From a virus, in IMG/VR virus record IMGVR_UViG_3300002092_001378, positions 1 through 64,000 of that record: 64,000 bases of DNA; one strand, given 5' to 3'. This document shows, piece by piece, positions 18,336 through 28,061 of the stretch. Position 1 is the stretch's first letter, and each line of letters starts with the position of its first letter. The notes under the pieces are model-generated. The model was not told the DNA's origin. It searched no databases and saw only the letters and a program-made list of their open reading frames with translations. Both the position numbers and the translations under genes were made by a program.

Positions 18336-18988
18336 CACATAACAATCAGTTCATTAATAACAAATATACCAAGTGGTATTATGATATTGTATTGAATGCT
18401 CAGCATCGAAGTAAAAATAATAATTTATATTATGAATTACATCATGTTTTACCTAAATGTATTTTTCCAGAATTTAAAAAAGAAAAATGGAATCTTGTAT
18501 TACTGACAGCAAGAGAACATTTTATATGTCATCTTCTTTTAACTAAAATGACTGAAAATAAAAACAGATATAGAATGTTACAAGCAGCAGTATCATTTAC
18601 TAAATGGACTACTAAAAAGCAGGTTAGATACGTTATAGTAAATTCGAGAATTTTTGAAAAACTTAAAAAAGATAGAAGTCTGGCATTGAAAGAATTATGG
18701 CAAACTGATGAACAATATCGAAATGCAGCGTTATCTGGGTTTAGACAAAAGAATAAAGATCAATTGTTTCAAAAAGTTCGAGCGGATGAATTAAAAATAC
18801 TATGGAAAGATCCATCATACATTGAAAAAATGAGTAGTCGTAAAAGAACTTATAAAAAAGTTATTATATTTGGTATCGTGTATGATTCAATGATTGAAGC
18901 GGGGAAAGCATTAAACATAAGTTCTAATAGAGTTTCGAAAAGATGTTCCAGTCAACAAGTAAAATTTGCTGACTGGAATTATTATTAA
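18323..18988 (+). CDS. Free-standing HNH homing endonuclease
   Basis: YYELHHVLPKC...NLVLLTAREHFICHLLL motif and C-terminal YDSMIEAGKALNIS HTH; AT-rich; opposite orientation between gp55 and gp47. Confidence 0.85.
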   Translation: MNIYSHNNQFINNKYTKWYYDIVLNAQHRSKNNNLYYELHHVLPKCIFPEFKKEKWNLVLLTAREHFICHLLLTKMTENKNRYRMLQAAVSFTKWTTKKQVRYVIVNSRIFEKLKKDRSLALKELWQTDEQYRNAALSGFRQKNKDQLFQKVRADELKILWKDPSYIEKMSSRKRTYKKVIIFGIVYDSMIEAGKALNISSNRVSKRCSSQQVKFADWNYY

Positions 18989-19836
18989 CTCTTGCCTATT
19001 AAGCTAGTGGGATCAATATCAGCTACCACAATCTCTTTGGCTTTGATTGCATTATCAGTCTGTCTAGTATAAGACGGATTCAAGTTATTCATTTCTAGGA
19101 TATCATCTCTTAAGTTTTGATTACGCTTCTCAACATTAAGAACACGAGTAAAGCTATTAGCTATGGTCGCAGTGTAGTAAGCAAATGGGTTGTTTGACTT
19201 TGATTCATCAAACTGTAGTCCAACTTGGCTTAACTGTAACAATGCTTGACTACGCATTTCATCGTTATAGGTATATCCACGCCAGTTGCCCTTGGATCCA
19301 AAACGCTCACACAGTTTCATGAACATTCTAGCGAGTTGTGGTCGCATGAACCCATGATCCTTGTTGAACCATCCATTGTCCAATCCGCCTTCCCAATGAC
19401 TTTTGCCAACACATACCATTTCATCATCTTCGTTGAATCTATAGTGTTGGAACGGTGGGAAGTTAATTTTGGCATGTAAGTCACTTGATGTCTTGGGCGT
19501 CTTTTTACGTCCAGGAGCCAATGGGATATGATCCCACGTGATAATTCTAAACACCAGTTCAGTCTTTTTAACCTTGTGCCAGTCAATTACATGATCATCT
19601 AACTTGGTTTTTACACCTGTTAGTTGAGCAGCTTCCCATGCTTGTTTTGCTATTCTATCAGCATGAGCACGTTTTGCTTCTGCAACTGTACGTTGATTAA
19701 TTTTACTTAAACTGGGTAGAATTAAATCAAATTGGTGATCTTCTGGGGTGAGATAGCTACAATAAGTATTTTTACTTAAATGTATCTCACGCATCAGATC
19801 TTTATTTGTAAGATAGGGGGTACGTTTTAATGCCAT
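18985..19836 (-). CDS. gp55: Late-transcription sigma factor, T4 gp55-like
   Basis: YLTNKDL, NWRGYTYNDEM, FDESKSNNPFAYYT motifs; upstream of gp47/gp46 as in T4. Likely start is ATG 19836. Confidence 0.9.
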   Translation of the reverse strand: MALKRTPYLTNKDLMREIHLSKNTYCSYLTPEDHQFDLILPSLSKINQRTVAEAKRAHADRIAKQAWEAAQLTGVKTKLDDHVIDWHKVKKTELVFRIITWDHIPLAPGRKKTPKTSSDLHAKINFPPFQHYRFNEDDEMVCVGKSHWEGGLDNGWFNKDHGFMRPQLARMFMKLCERFGSKGNWRGYTYNDEMRSQALLQLSQVGLQFDESKSNNPFAYYTATIANSFTRVLNVEKRNQNLRDDILEMNNLNPSYTRQTDNAIKAKEIVVADIDPTSLIGKS

Positions 19837-19899
19837 AATTACTATTATATAGCCATATTTTAAATTGATAAATATTTTTGTTAGGAAAAATGTAATAAA

Positions 19900-20982
19900 A
19901 TGCCAACATTGCAACCACAGAAATTAAACTTCTACGGTAGATCAAACGTAGCCCAAGCAGTGGGTCAGCTTGCCAATAACATCATTGGTAATCCCGTTCC
20001 CACAAACAACACCATAAATTCCACTAGGGGATCAGCTAGATCATTTAGCCCTGGTACGCAATCAGCTGCGGGAATTAACAGAGGGCAAAATACCAAAGCA
20101 AGTCCTTCATTGAACTTGCAAGGACTGCTAAATTCGGCAGCAGCAGGCGCCGCCTCATCATTGGTAAACAATATCATGGGCGCTCCAAATGCAACTTATT
20201 ACGTTCCCAATGGATATAATCCCTACAGCGTTAACCCCAGTGCCAATAGACTTAACAGTAATGGTATGCCTGCTGGTGGCGCATATGTAGTTGATGATTT
20301 CAATGGTGCATTGCCCATTAATAACTTTAGTCCAGCTGCCGCATTTACAGATGTAGTTGAAGACAGAGTTATTATCAGTGATCAAACAAATTTATTCATT
20401 GGCAATCAAAGCAATAAGAACTTTAATCTCCTAAGAACAACTGGTGGTGTACTGTTCCCGTTCACCCCAACAATTACTGTTGGACATAAAGCAAATTATG
20501 AGATGGAAAGCCTACTTCAAACAAACTATGCAACTCCATATTACACAAGCAGTACAGTTGATTCAATTAATATTCAGGGTAGATTTACAGCTCAAACAGA
20601 TATCGAGGGACAGTATGTTCTAGCAATGATACAATTCTTTAGAACTGTGACAAAGATGTTTTATGGTGCAAGTCAAAACAGAGGCACACCGCCTCCCATT
20701 CTATATCTGGATGCACATGGGCAGTATATGTTTGATCATATACCAGTGGTTATCAGTGATTTTTCTTATACATTACCAAATGATGTCAACTACATTACAG
20801 CTAACTTGGATGCAAAACATCCATCAAAGGTACCAACTGATCTCACAGTGAGTCTTAATCTAATACCTACTTACAGTAGAAACATGATTAGCAATAATTT
20901 TGATCTTGTTAAATTTAGCAATGGTGGCTTGCTCACTGACACTTACAAGCCAGGCACATCTAAACCTGGAGGGTGGTTATAA
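19900..20982 (+). CDS. Putative baseplate/tail-tube initiator protein
   Basis: GVLFPFTPTI, FFRTVTKMFYG, GTPPPILYL, FDHIPVVISDFSYTLP motifs typical of contractile-tail tube initiator genes. GATAAATA late motif at 19867-19874. Confidence 0.6.
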   Translation: MPTLQPQKLNFYGRSNVAQAVGQLANNIIGNPVPTNNTINSTRGSARSFSPGTQSAAGINRGQNTKASPSLNLQGLLNSAAAGAASSLVNNIMGAPNATYYVPNGYNPYSVNPSANRLNSNGMPAGGAYVVDDFNGALPINNFSPAAAFTDVVEDRVIISDQTNLFIGNQSNKNFNLLRTTGGVLFPFTPTITVGHKANYEMESLLQTNYATPYYTSSTVDSINIQGRFTAQTDIEGQYVLAMIQFFRTVTKMFYGASQNRGTPPPILYLDAHGQYMFDHIPVVISDFSYTLPNDVNYITANLDAKHPSKVPTDLTVSLNLIPTYSRNMISNNFDLVKFSNGGLLTDTYKPGTSKPGGWL

Positions 20983-21293
20983 TGTCAATCTCAGCCTCAA
21001 AATATAAAAACACAAGTCCTTATTTTGAAACAGGATATCTTGATGGTAAATTTTTGGATCTATTAACTGTTAGAAAATTTCCAGCAATGCCAGACGACAT
21101 CTACAAACAAATCGGTGCAACATATCAATATAGACCAGATCTATTGAGTTATGATTTATATAAGACAGTGGACTATTGGTGGGTTTTCATGATACGAAAC
21201 AGAGATGTGATTGTTGATCCCGTATGGGATTTTACTGCTGACAAATTCATCTATATTCCTAAACTTGCGACAATCGTTCAGAAAATGAGTTAA
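20982..21293 (+). CDS. gp53: Baseplate wedge protein gp53-like (LysM-like)
   Basis: YRPDLLSYDLY...WWVFMIRN...IYIP motif. Confidence 0.8.
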   Translation: MSISASKYKNTSPYFETGYLDGKFLDLLTVRKFPAMPDDIYKQIGATYQYRPDLLSYDLYKTVDYWWVFMIRNRDVIVDPVWDFTADKFIYIPKLATIVQKMS

Positions 21294-21296
21294 TTT

Positions 21297-23387
21297 ATGG
21301 CAAACGAAGCACCAGCAGCACCAACAGCTACAGTAAGATCCAATATACTTCATGGCTATGCAAACTACACATATGGCTTGCAGATGTGGGCTATCAGTGT
21401 GAAGCCAGGTCAGGGATTTAATTTAATAAGCGGCGGTGCAATTACCCCAGGTAAAGAGCCAACACTATTAAGTGCAGGTGAGTTATTGATTTCAAATGGT
21501 GGTCAAGGTCCTGATTCCATGCGTAGTCCCAGTTTCCCAACTGACTTTGTCATTGATAATTTAGAAATTGACAGTTTGGTTGGTAATAAAGGTGGTGATG
21601 CCAGAGGCACTGATGCATTAACTATTAAATTTGATATTATTGAACCATATACAGTTACTTTGCTTAATAGATTGAGAGATGTGGCTATACGTAATGGGTT
21701 TAATGCAGATTATAAATCTATAATTTATTGTATGAAAATTAGTTTTTATGGTTACGATGACAATGGTACTCCTCAATTAATTGATGCAACCAAATATATC
21801 CCATTTACATTAATTAATGTAAAATTTAATATTACAAATAAAGGTGCAGTATACACCTGTGACGGTATTCCAGCACAAAATATGATATTAACAATGTTGG
21901 ATAACCAAGTACCATTCCATGTGGAAATGCAAGGGCAAACAATTCAAGACTTGTTTAATGCAACAGTAATTGAGAAGTCTACAAAAAGTGCGGGCACTGC
22001 TGCTAGAACTGACACCGCACCAAAAGCACCAAATTCTGGCAACACTACGGTAACAAAGGGAATTAAAACTGCACTTGATGATAATGAAAAATTTTATAAA
22101 GCAAATAAAGCACAGGAAGAACCAAATGAATATTGCTTTGAATTTGCACCTGAACTTGCTGCCGCTACAGTTATAACAAGTAATAAAATTTCAGACGAAG
22201 CTAGGAAGTATAGTAACGTAAAGGGTGCAGCTGGTGCAGATGAAATAGCCAAAGGTAAAGTGGGACAACTAACACTTGACTCCACAACTGGCACATTTAG
22301 AAGTCAAGCAGGTACTAAAATTACTGATCTTATTAAATCAGTTTTAACAGTATCTGATTTTATGCGTAAACAGTACAGTGATTCCCCAAATAAAAACATG
22401 CCTGTACGAGCTTGGAAAATTATTCCCAAGTTAGAAATTAAAGGTTATGATAAAATAACTCATTACTTTACTCGTAAGGTAACTTATGTTGTTAAACTAT
22501 TTGACTATTATGGCGAAGCTCATCCAAATATGGGACAAAAAGCTGTTCCACCAGGCAGTGTCGTTAAAAAATACGAGTATCTATTCACAGGCAACAACCG
22601 TGACGTGATGAAAGTTGATCTAAACTTTCAAATGGCATTTTTTGAAGTACGTAACGGTGTTAAATCAAATTATGTGGATGACAGTAATAGTGGATCAGGT
22701 GAAATTGATGGATCCAGTAGATCAGATACACCAACTAATGTGGGGCAAGATCTAAGATTGTTTACGCCAATTATTAAACCAGTAACTGGTATTGCCAGTG
22801 AACAATTGCAGGCAGCAACGACCAACGACAAAGAAGCAATTACTGTTGGTGAAATGATGACCAAGTTACTAGATAACGGCGTGGATATAATGCAATTGGA
22901 CATTGAGATCGTTGGTGATCCAGACTGGATTCAACAAGACAATGTTCTTTATGGTGATACTACGGACACAACTTCTAAAACATTGTCCAATGGTGCCATT
23001 AATTTTCAGGATAGTATAACTTGTTTTAATTTTACATTTAAAAGTCCCAGTAAAGACTATGATGATACAACTGGGTTATTTGATTTGTCAAATTCAGATA
23101 CTGCTGTTTTTAGTGGAACTTATCAGGTAATATCTATTAAGAGTAGTTTTAGAAGAGGTAGATTTACACAAAAGCTTGATAATTTTAGAGTACCCATCCA
23201 AAAGGATACTGACGTGAAGCCGAAAGCAAATGCTGCTGGTGCTGCACCAGCTGATAAGCAACCGGTTATTACCCCTGCACCAACTCCAACATTGCCAGCA
23301 ATTGGACAAAACGAATTAAACGCAGACGGATTGTTTAATGGTATAACTGGAGCAACACAAACACCAACATTTATGACAGGAGCCTAA
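21297..23387 (+). CDS. Baseplate hub protein (gp27-like position)
   Basis: Lies between gp53 and gp5; IEIVGDPDW and SGTYQVISIKSSFRRGRFTQKL C-terminal hub-like motif. Confidence 0.6.
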   Translation: MANEAPAAPTATVRSNILHGYANYTYGLQMWAISVKPGQGFNLISGGAITPGKEPTLLSAGELLISNGGQGPDSMRSPSFPTDFVIDNLEIDSLVGNKGGDARGTDALTIKFDIIEPYTVTLLNRLRDVAIRNGFNADYKSIIYCMKISFYGYDDNGTPQLIDATKYIPFTLINVKFNITNKGAVYTCDGIPAQNMILTMLDNQVPFHVEMQGQTIQDLFNATVIEKSTKSAGTAARTDTAPKAPNSGNTTVTKGIKTALDDNEKFYKANKAQEEPNEYCFEFAPELAAATVITSNKISDEARKYSNVKGAAGADEIAKGKVGQLTLDSTTGTFRSQAGTKITDLIKSVLTVSDFMRKQYSDSPNKNMPVRAWKIIPKLEIKGYDKITHYFTRKVTYVVKLFDYYGEAHPNMGQKAVPPGSVVKKYEYLFTGNNRDVMKVDLNFQMAFFEVRNGVKSNYVDDSNSGSGEIDGSSRSDTPTNVGQDLRLFTPIIKPVTGIASEQLQAATTNDKEAITVGEMMTKLLDNGVDIMQLDIEIVGDPDWIQQDNVLYGDTTDTTSKTLSNGAINFQDSITCFNFTFKSPSKDYDDTTGLFDLSNSDTAVFSGTYQVISIKSSFRRGRFTQKLDNFRVPIQKDTDVKPKANAAGAAPADKQPVITPAPTPTLPAIGQNELNADGLFNGITGATQTPTFMTGA

Positions 23388-23393
23388 TCAACA

Positions 23394-25226
23394 ATGCCCG
23401 TAATTACAGGTACAACAGGTAAAAAAGCACCCAAGCACACAGCACATGACAGTGCAGGTGGCGTTCGTGTTAACGCCGGTCCGTTCGTTGGTATTGTAAA
23501 AAATAATGTTGATCCCATGAGAGCAGGTCGACTACAAGTTTGGATTCCTGAACTCAGTGCTAATCCAGATGACAGTGCAGCGTGGCGTATCGTAAGCTAT
23601 GCAAGTCCATTCTTTGGCAGTAATAGTTTTATCACACGCAGTAAAGATCAAAGCTTTGAAGGCAGTCCGCACAGTTATGGCATGTGGTTTGTTCCACCTG
23701 ATGTAGGTAATAAAATTATATGTACTTTCGTAAATGGTGATCCCTTCAGAGGTTACTGGTTTGCTTGCGTTCCCGAGTGGCCCAATATGCACATGGTTCC
23801 TGGCATTGCCAATGGTGCATGGCATGGTGCAGGTCCGGAACCTCTAATTGAATACAATGATCAAGATCCTGCTTCAGCTGGTACTGACAACGTATTCTTT
23901 CAACGTGCGCAAACTCCTCATGCTTATCAAACACAGGTATGGCAACGACAGGGGCTATTGCAGGATAGAGATCGAGGACCTGGAACAAGCAGTGCATTCA
24001 GAGAAACTCCCAGTAGAGTATTTGGCATCAGTACACCTGGTCCTGAGGTTGCTGTTGCAAACAATGTGGATCCTAATAACCCTGAGCAAGTTGATCTCAA
24101 TACTCGCGCAAGGCAAGGTGGTCATCAGTTTATTATGGACGATGGCGACATACAGGGCAACAACCAATTAATTCGCCTGCGTACTACCAACGGCAATATG
24201 TTGTTAATGAATGACAGTGCTGGCTTTATCTACATGATTAACAGTGCAGGCAGTGCATGGTTTGAGATGGATGCGACTGGAAATGTTCGCATCTTTAGTC
24301 AAGGATCATTTGAAGTTAAAGGTACAAATGGTATTACACTGGAATCAAATGGCCCTGTAAAGATCAGTGGCAGTACAATTGATCTCGCAGCCAAGTCATC
24401 ATTCAAAGCCAGTGGTATGACAGCCAGTTTGTCAGGAATGATGACTACTACTGTCAGTGGTATGATGGGACTTGACTTATTTGGCGGCATGAAAGTTCAC
24501 ATTACTGGTATGATGTGCGTAGGTATCATGGGTATGATGCACGTTGACATCAAGGGTGGTTGTATTGGACTTAACACTAAAATTCCAGGCAAGGCAAGTC
24601 CAGCTGGTCCAGCTTCTCCAGGCAGAGGACCAACGCATGAACCCTACGGGCATATTAATAGCGCAACCAATAGCCCAAGTACAACTAGAGATTACAGTAG
24701 TAGTGCAGGTGTCATTGGTGGAAACTCTGGCAGTTATGGTGCGGCGGCGAGCTTTGGTAATACTGCAAGTGTTCCACAGTACTATGGCGTGCTTACTAAT
24801 TCAAATGGACCAATTAAGTTTACTACTGGTCTACAGGGAAGCCTAGAAGGACAAGCAGCTAATCTCGGAGACGCTGCTTCTTACAATGCATATGATGCAA
24901 CTTCAACATATTTTACAAATGCTGATTTAAAGCTTCCTGTTGCGGCAACTGGCTTTGCTATTGATGTCAGCAATCCATCATGGCTGTCTTCAATGTCACA
25001 TAATAGATTGACTCCAGGTGAGGTACAAAACAATCCTGGTAATTTAACTGGATTTGCAAATGATCCGTTTGCTGTTGGGCAAGTAAATGGACTTAATGTT
25101 TACGCATCACCTGAAGACGGCATTGCTGCATTAACATTGATGTTGGATTTAATCCAGCAGGAGGGGTCATCCACTGTGGAAGAAGTCATCAATTCATATA
25201 TTGCTAAAAAAGGATTAAAGATATGA
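23394..25226 (+). CDS. gp5: Baseplate central spike, gp5/VgrG-like, with the start of a lysozyme-like domain at its C-terminus
   Basis: OB-fold motifs DPMRAGRLQVWIP and GMWFVPPDVG, GHQFIMDD, beta-helix repeats, C-terminal NNPGNL. Confidence 0.85.
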   Translation: MPVITGTTGKKAPKHTAHDSAGGVRVNAGPFVGIVKNNVDPMRAGRLQVWIPELSANPDDSAAWRIVSYASPFFGSNSFITRSKDQSFEGSPHSYGMWFVPPDVGNKIICTFVNGDPFRGYWFACVPEWPNMHMVPGIANGAWHGAGPEPLIEYNDQDPASAGTDNVFFQRAQTPHAYQTQVWQRQGLLQDRDRGPGTSSAFRETPSRVFGISTPGPEVAVANNVDPNNPEQVDLNTRARQGGHQFIMDDGDIQGNNQLIRLRTTNGNMLLMNDSAGFIYMINSAGSAWFEMDATGNVRIFSQGSFEVKGTNGITLESNGPVKISGSTIDLAAKSSFKASGMTASLSGMMTTTVSGMMGLDLFGGMKVHITGMMCVGIMGMMHVDIKGGCIGLNTKIPGKASPAGPASPGRGPTHEPYGHINSATNSPSTTRDYSSSAGVIGGNSGSYGAAASFGNTASVPQYYGVLTNSNGPIKFTTGLQGSLEGQAANLGDAASYNAYDATSTYFTNADLKLPVAATGFAIDVSNPSWLSSMSHNRLTPGEVQNNPGNLTGFANDPFAVGQVNGLNVYASPEDGIAALTLMLDLIQQEGSSTVEEVINSYIAKKGLKI

Positions 25227-27565
25227 CCAATCCAGTAGCTGTTGATTTTTTAAAAAGTTTGACATATAAATTTGGTCTTGATCCCAAACAGCAAATTGAC
25301 ATGAATGATCCCATGACTAGATTAGTTATGGCAATAAGCATTGCAACTACTGAACAAGGTGAAAACATTTACAGCTATGATCAATATATCAAGGGCTGTG
25401 CAGAATCCGCTGGTATTGATCCAGCAGTATTTGACAGTGAAGTAAACCCCACTAGTCTAGGTATTGAAAATAACAACCCGTCTACTGGAACAAATGCTAG
25501 TAGTGCTGGTGGATCTGCAGGAGGCAGTAGTGGAAATACTTCTGGTTATGTAAGTCCCAAGTTACCTAAAATTGTAGCGGGCGGCAGCAGTTTACCAACT
25601 ACATTAATTTCTCAATATGCTGCTACTGGTACTGCTGCTATATTAGCCACGCCAGCTTTTCAAAATGTATTTGGTGGCATATCATTGAATACTATATCAT
25701 TTAAAGATGGTGGGCTGGTTGTGGATACAGCCGCAAATGCGGTAGGAAATGGTGTTGCTGCATCTGTTACCAATGCTCAAGGTGTAATAACTGCTGCTTC
25801 AGCTGGTGTTCCAACAGCATTTGGTGAAAATGTAAAAATTCCAGCTGGTACTTCAAGTCAAGCTGACGCTACATTAAAAGCTCAACTTGAATCACAGCTG
25901 GCAGCTGATAGAATAGATGTTGGTCTACCGCCAACTTTGAGTGATAGCGAATGGGCTGCGGCAAAGGGTATTGTTGTTTCAGAAGGTGGTAACCCTGCAT
26001 ATACGTTAGCAGCCCTTGCCAATAGATCTATTGCATCTGGCGAGCCATTGGATGTTGTTGCATTTGCTGATAAACAATTTACTCCAGCAACAAGTGCATT
26101 AACTGGGTATGGAGATAGACTTGTTGGCGTGGACACAGCTGGCTTCCAAAAATTTAATACTGGTGCATTAAGTCCTGCTACTGGTAGTATGGAATATGCT
26201 GTAACTAATCTTAAAGAACCTTATGACAAAGACATTGTATATTTTAATACTGCAAGTTTGGGAAATATTAATGGAACAAATCCTGTTGTATTAAATGGGC
26301 AAGTTTATGCCAGTGGTTCATTGGATGCAGATTATTCTAAAGGTGGCGCAGCAAATGTAGCAAAATGGGATGCATTCTTGACATCTAAGGGCAGTACAAT
26401 ACCAACTATTGGTACCAGTGGTGATATAGTGCAGGTTGGTAGTAACATCAGTGGTGCAGATTATCAAGCGTTGTATAAAGCATTACCATACGAAGGTGCA
26501 AAGTTTACAGTAACAGATGCTAGTTTTGTATCCAGTGATGGTACTGGTACTTACAGAGAAATTACAAGTAATGGTGGTTTAGTCTATTATCAAAATATTA
26601 AAACTGGGGCAATATATGATAGTGCAGATAACATTGTGAAGCCACCAAATGGTGTTCCTGCAAACTTTACAAATGAAACATTAAATGATAATGGAACTTA
26701 CACATACAGTGATCCTGCTAAACCTGAAGCAACATATACTATGTCAGCGGATTTTAAATCTATAACGAACAATCAGACTTCAAGCGGATTGTACTCTATA
26801 AATTCTGATGGGATATTAGTGCCAGCTGGCGCAACAACAGCAACAACAGGTGGTCCCGTAGTTATTTCGGCTGATGCTGCCATTAATAATGCTAATATTG
26901 ACAGTGTCACTGCCGGGGTAAACATTAGGAGTGGGGCTGGATATGGTGACATGTATACTGGTACAGGTACTTTTGGTATAGGCGGTGCATCAATGATGTC
27001 TGAAAATTCAAGTGGTATTGTGGTTCCCGCGAATACTGGTGCTCCTGCTGCTTGGTCTGGTGGCGCATTGACCGCTCAAGAAAATATAGCAAATCAAGTA
27101 AATGATCAAAGTGCATTATATGCGGCAAATTCAGCTAGAATTGATCAATTAACTGCTACCAATGCAACATTGCAGGCACAGATCAATCAATCTCCAGATC
27201 TAGCTTCAACACCTGGCGTTACTTGGAATTCTGACCTCGCAGCGAATAACGCAACAATAGCTAATTTGCAGAGAGATAATTCCAATCTTCAAGGATTGAT
27301 TGCTAATTCCACAGAGCAATATGATTCAATGACGCCATATAATCCGCCTGATACAATGCCTGACAATGCATATTCAACATTTAATACTCCGGCTTCAATG
27401 TATAATACCCCACTTTCTCCTGCAACAGGATTTTCAACTGATACCGCTGCCGTACCAACTCCCGATACTGGCGTAGTCAATAGTTCTAATATTACACCAG
27501 GTAGTCAAGCACAAACCAATGCTGCTAATGCTGCTGCTGGTGGCATGGGCGCCCCAGGATGTTAA
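25223..27565 (+). CDS. Virion/baseplate protein with a putative cell-wall-hydrolase segment
   Basis: ATGA overlap with gp5 and an AAGGA RBS; N-terminus completes the NNPGN-type domain; SleB-like segment VSEGG...ALANR...KQFT. Confidence 0.55.
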   Translation: MTNPVAVDFLKSLTYKFGLDPKQQIDMNDPMTRLVMAISIATTEQGENIYSYDQYIKGCAESAGIDPAVFDSEVNPTSLGIENNNPSTGTNASSAGGSAGGSSGNTSGYVSPKLPKIVAGGSSLPTTLISQYAATGTAAILATPAFQNVFGGISLNTISFKDGGLVVDTAANAVGNGVAASVTNAQGVITAASAGVPTAFGENVKIPAGTSSQADATLKAQLESQLAADRIDVGLPPTLSDSEWAAAKGIVVSEGGNPAYTLAALANRSIASGEPLDVVAFADKQFTPATSALTGYGDRLVGVDTAGFQKFNTGALSPATGSMEYAVTNLKEPYDKDIVYFNTASLGNINGTNPVVLNGQVYASGSLDADYSKGGAANVAKWDAFLTSKGSTIPTIGTSGDIVQVGSNISGADYQALYKALPYEGAKFTVTDASFVSSDGTGTYREITSNGGLVYYQNIKTGAIYDSADNIVKPPNGVPANFTNETLNDNGTYTYSDPAKPEATYTMSADFKSITNNQTSSGLYSINSDGILVPAGATTATTGGPVVISADAAINNANIDSVTAGVNIRSGAGYGDMYTGTGTFGIGGASMMSENSSGIVVPANTGAPAAWSGGALTAQENIANQVNDQSALYAANSARIDQLTATNATLQAQINQSPDLASTPGVTWNSDLAANNATIANLQRDNSNLQGLIANSTEQYDSMTPYNPPDTMPDNAYSTFNTPASMYNTPLSPATGFSTDTAAVPTPDTGVVNSSNITPGSQAQTNAANAAAGGMGAPGC

Positions 27566-27578
27566 GGTAAATACTCAC

Positions 27579-28016
27579 ATGGCATTATATAAAGGTTTCA
27601 GTACTAAGAATTTTAACTTCAGTAGCCCAACTACTATCACTGGCTTGGCTGATAATGATTTTGGTCCCTATACACTGACTGATAAAAACCTTATCATCAT
27701 GGACTTGATCAATCAGTTTAATATTCGTAAGGGTGAGAAACTTATGAATCCCAATTACGGATGCTTGATCTGGGATAGACTGTTTGATCCTTTAACTCCA
27801 GAATTAAAAAATGCAATTGTGTCTGACGTTGCTACTATTGTTAGCAGCGATCCACGTATTAGTGTTGTTGAGCAAATATCACTACAGGAATCACCTGATG
27901 GACATGGATTGCTGCTAAGTGCGTCCATTGTTATTAAACAAACTAACGAATTGGTCAGCTTGAATTTTGCATTTGATGGAACAACTGGAGTTGTTAAGTC
28001 AACAGTAGGTTATTAA
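27579..28016 (+). CDS. gp25: Baseplate wedge protein gp25-like
   Basis: RKGEKLMNPNYGCLIWDRLFDP, DPRI; TAAATA at 27568-27573 supports ATG 27579. Confidence 0.9.
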   Translation: MALYKGFSTKNFNFSSPTTITGLADNDFGPYTLTDKNLIIMDLINQFNIRKGEKLMNPNYGCLIWDRLFDPLTPELKNAIVSDVATIVSSDPRISVVEQISLQESPDGHGLLLSASIVIKQTNELVSLNFAFDGTTGVVKSTVGY

Positions 28017-28061
28017 AATAGCACATTATAAGCCTTAATAAATAAAAAGAGGCTAGGAATA

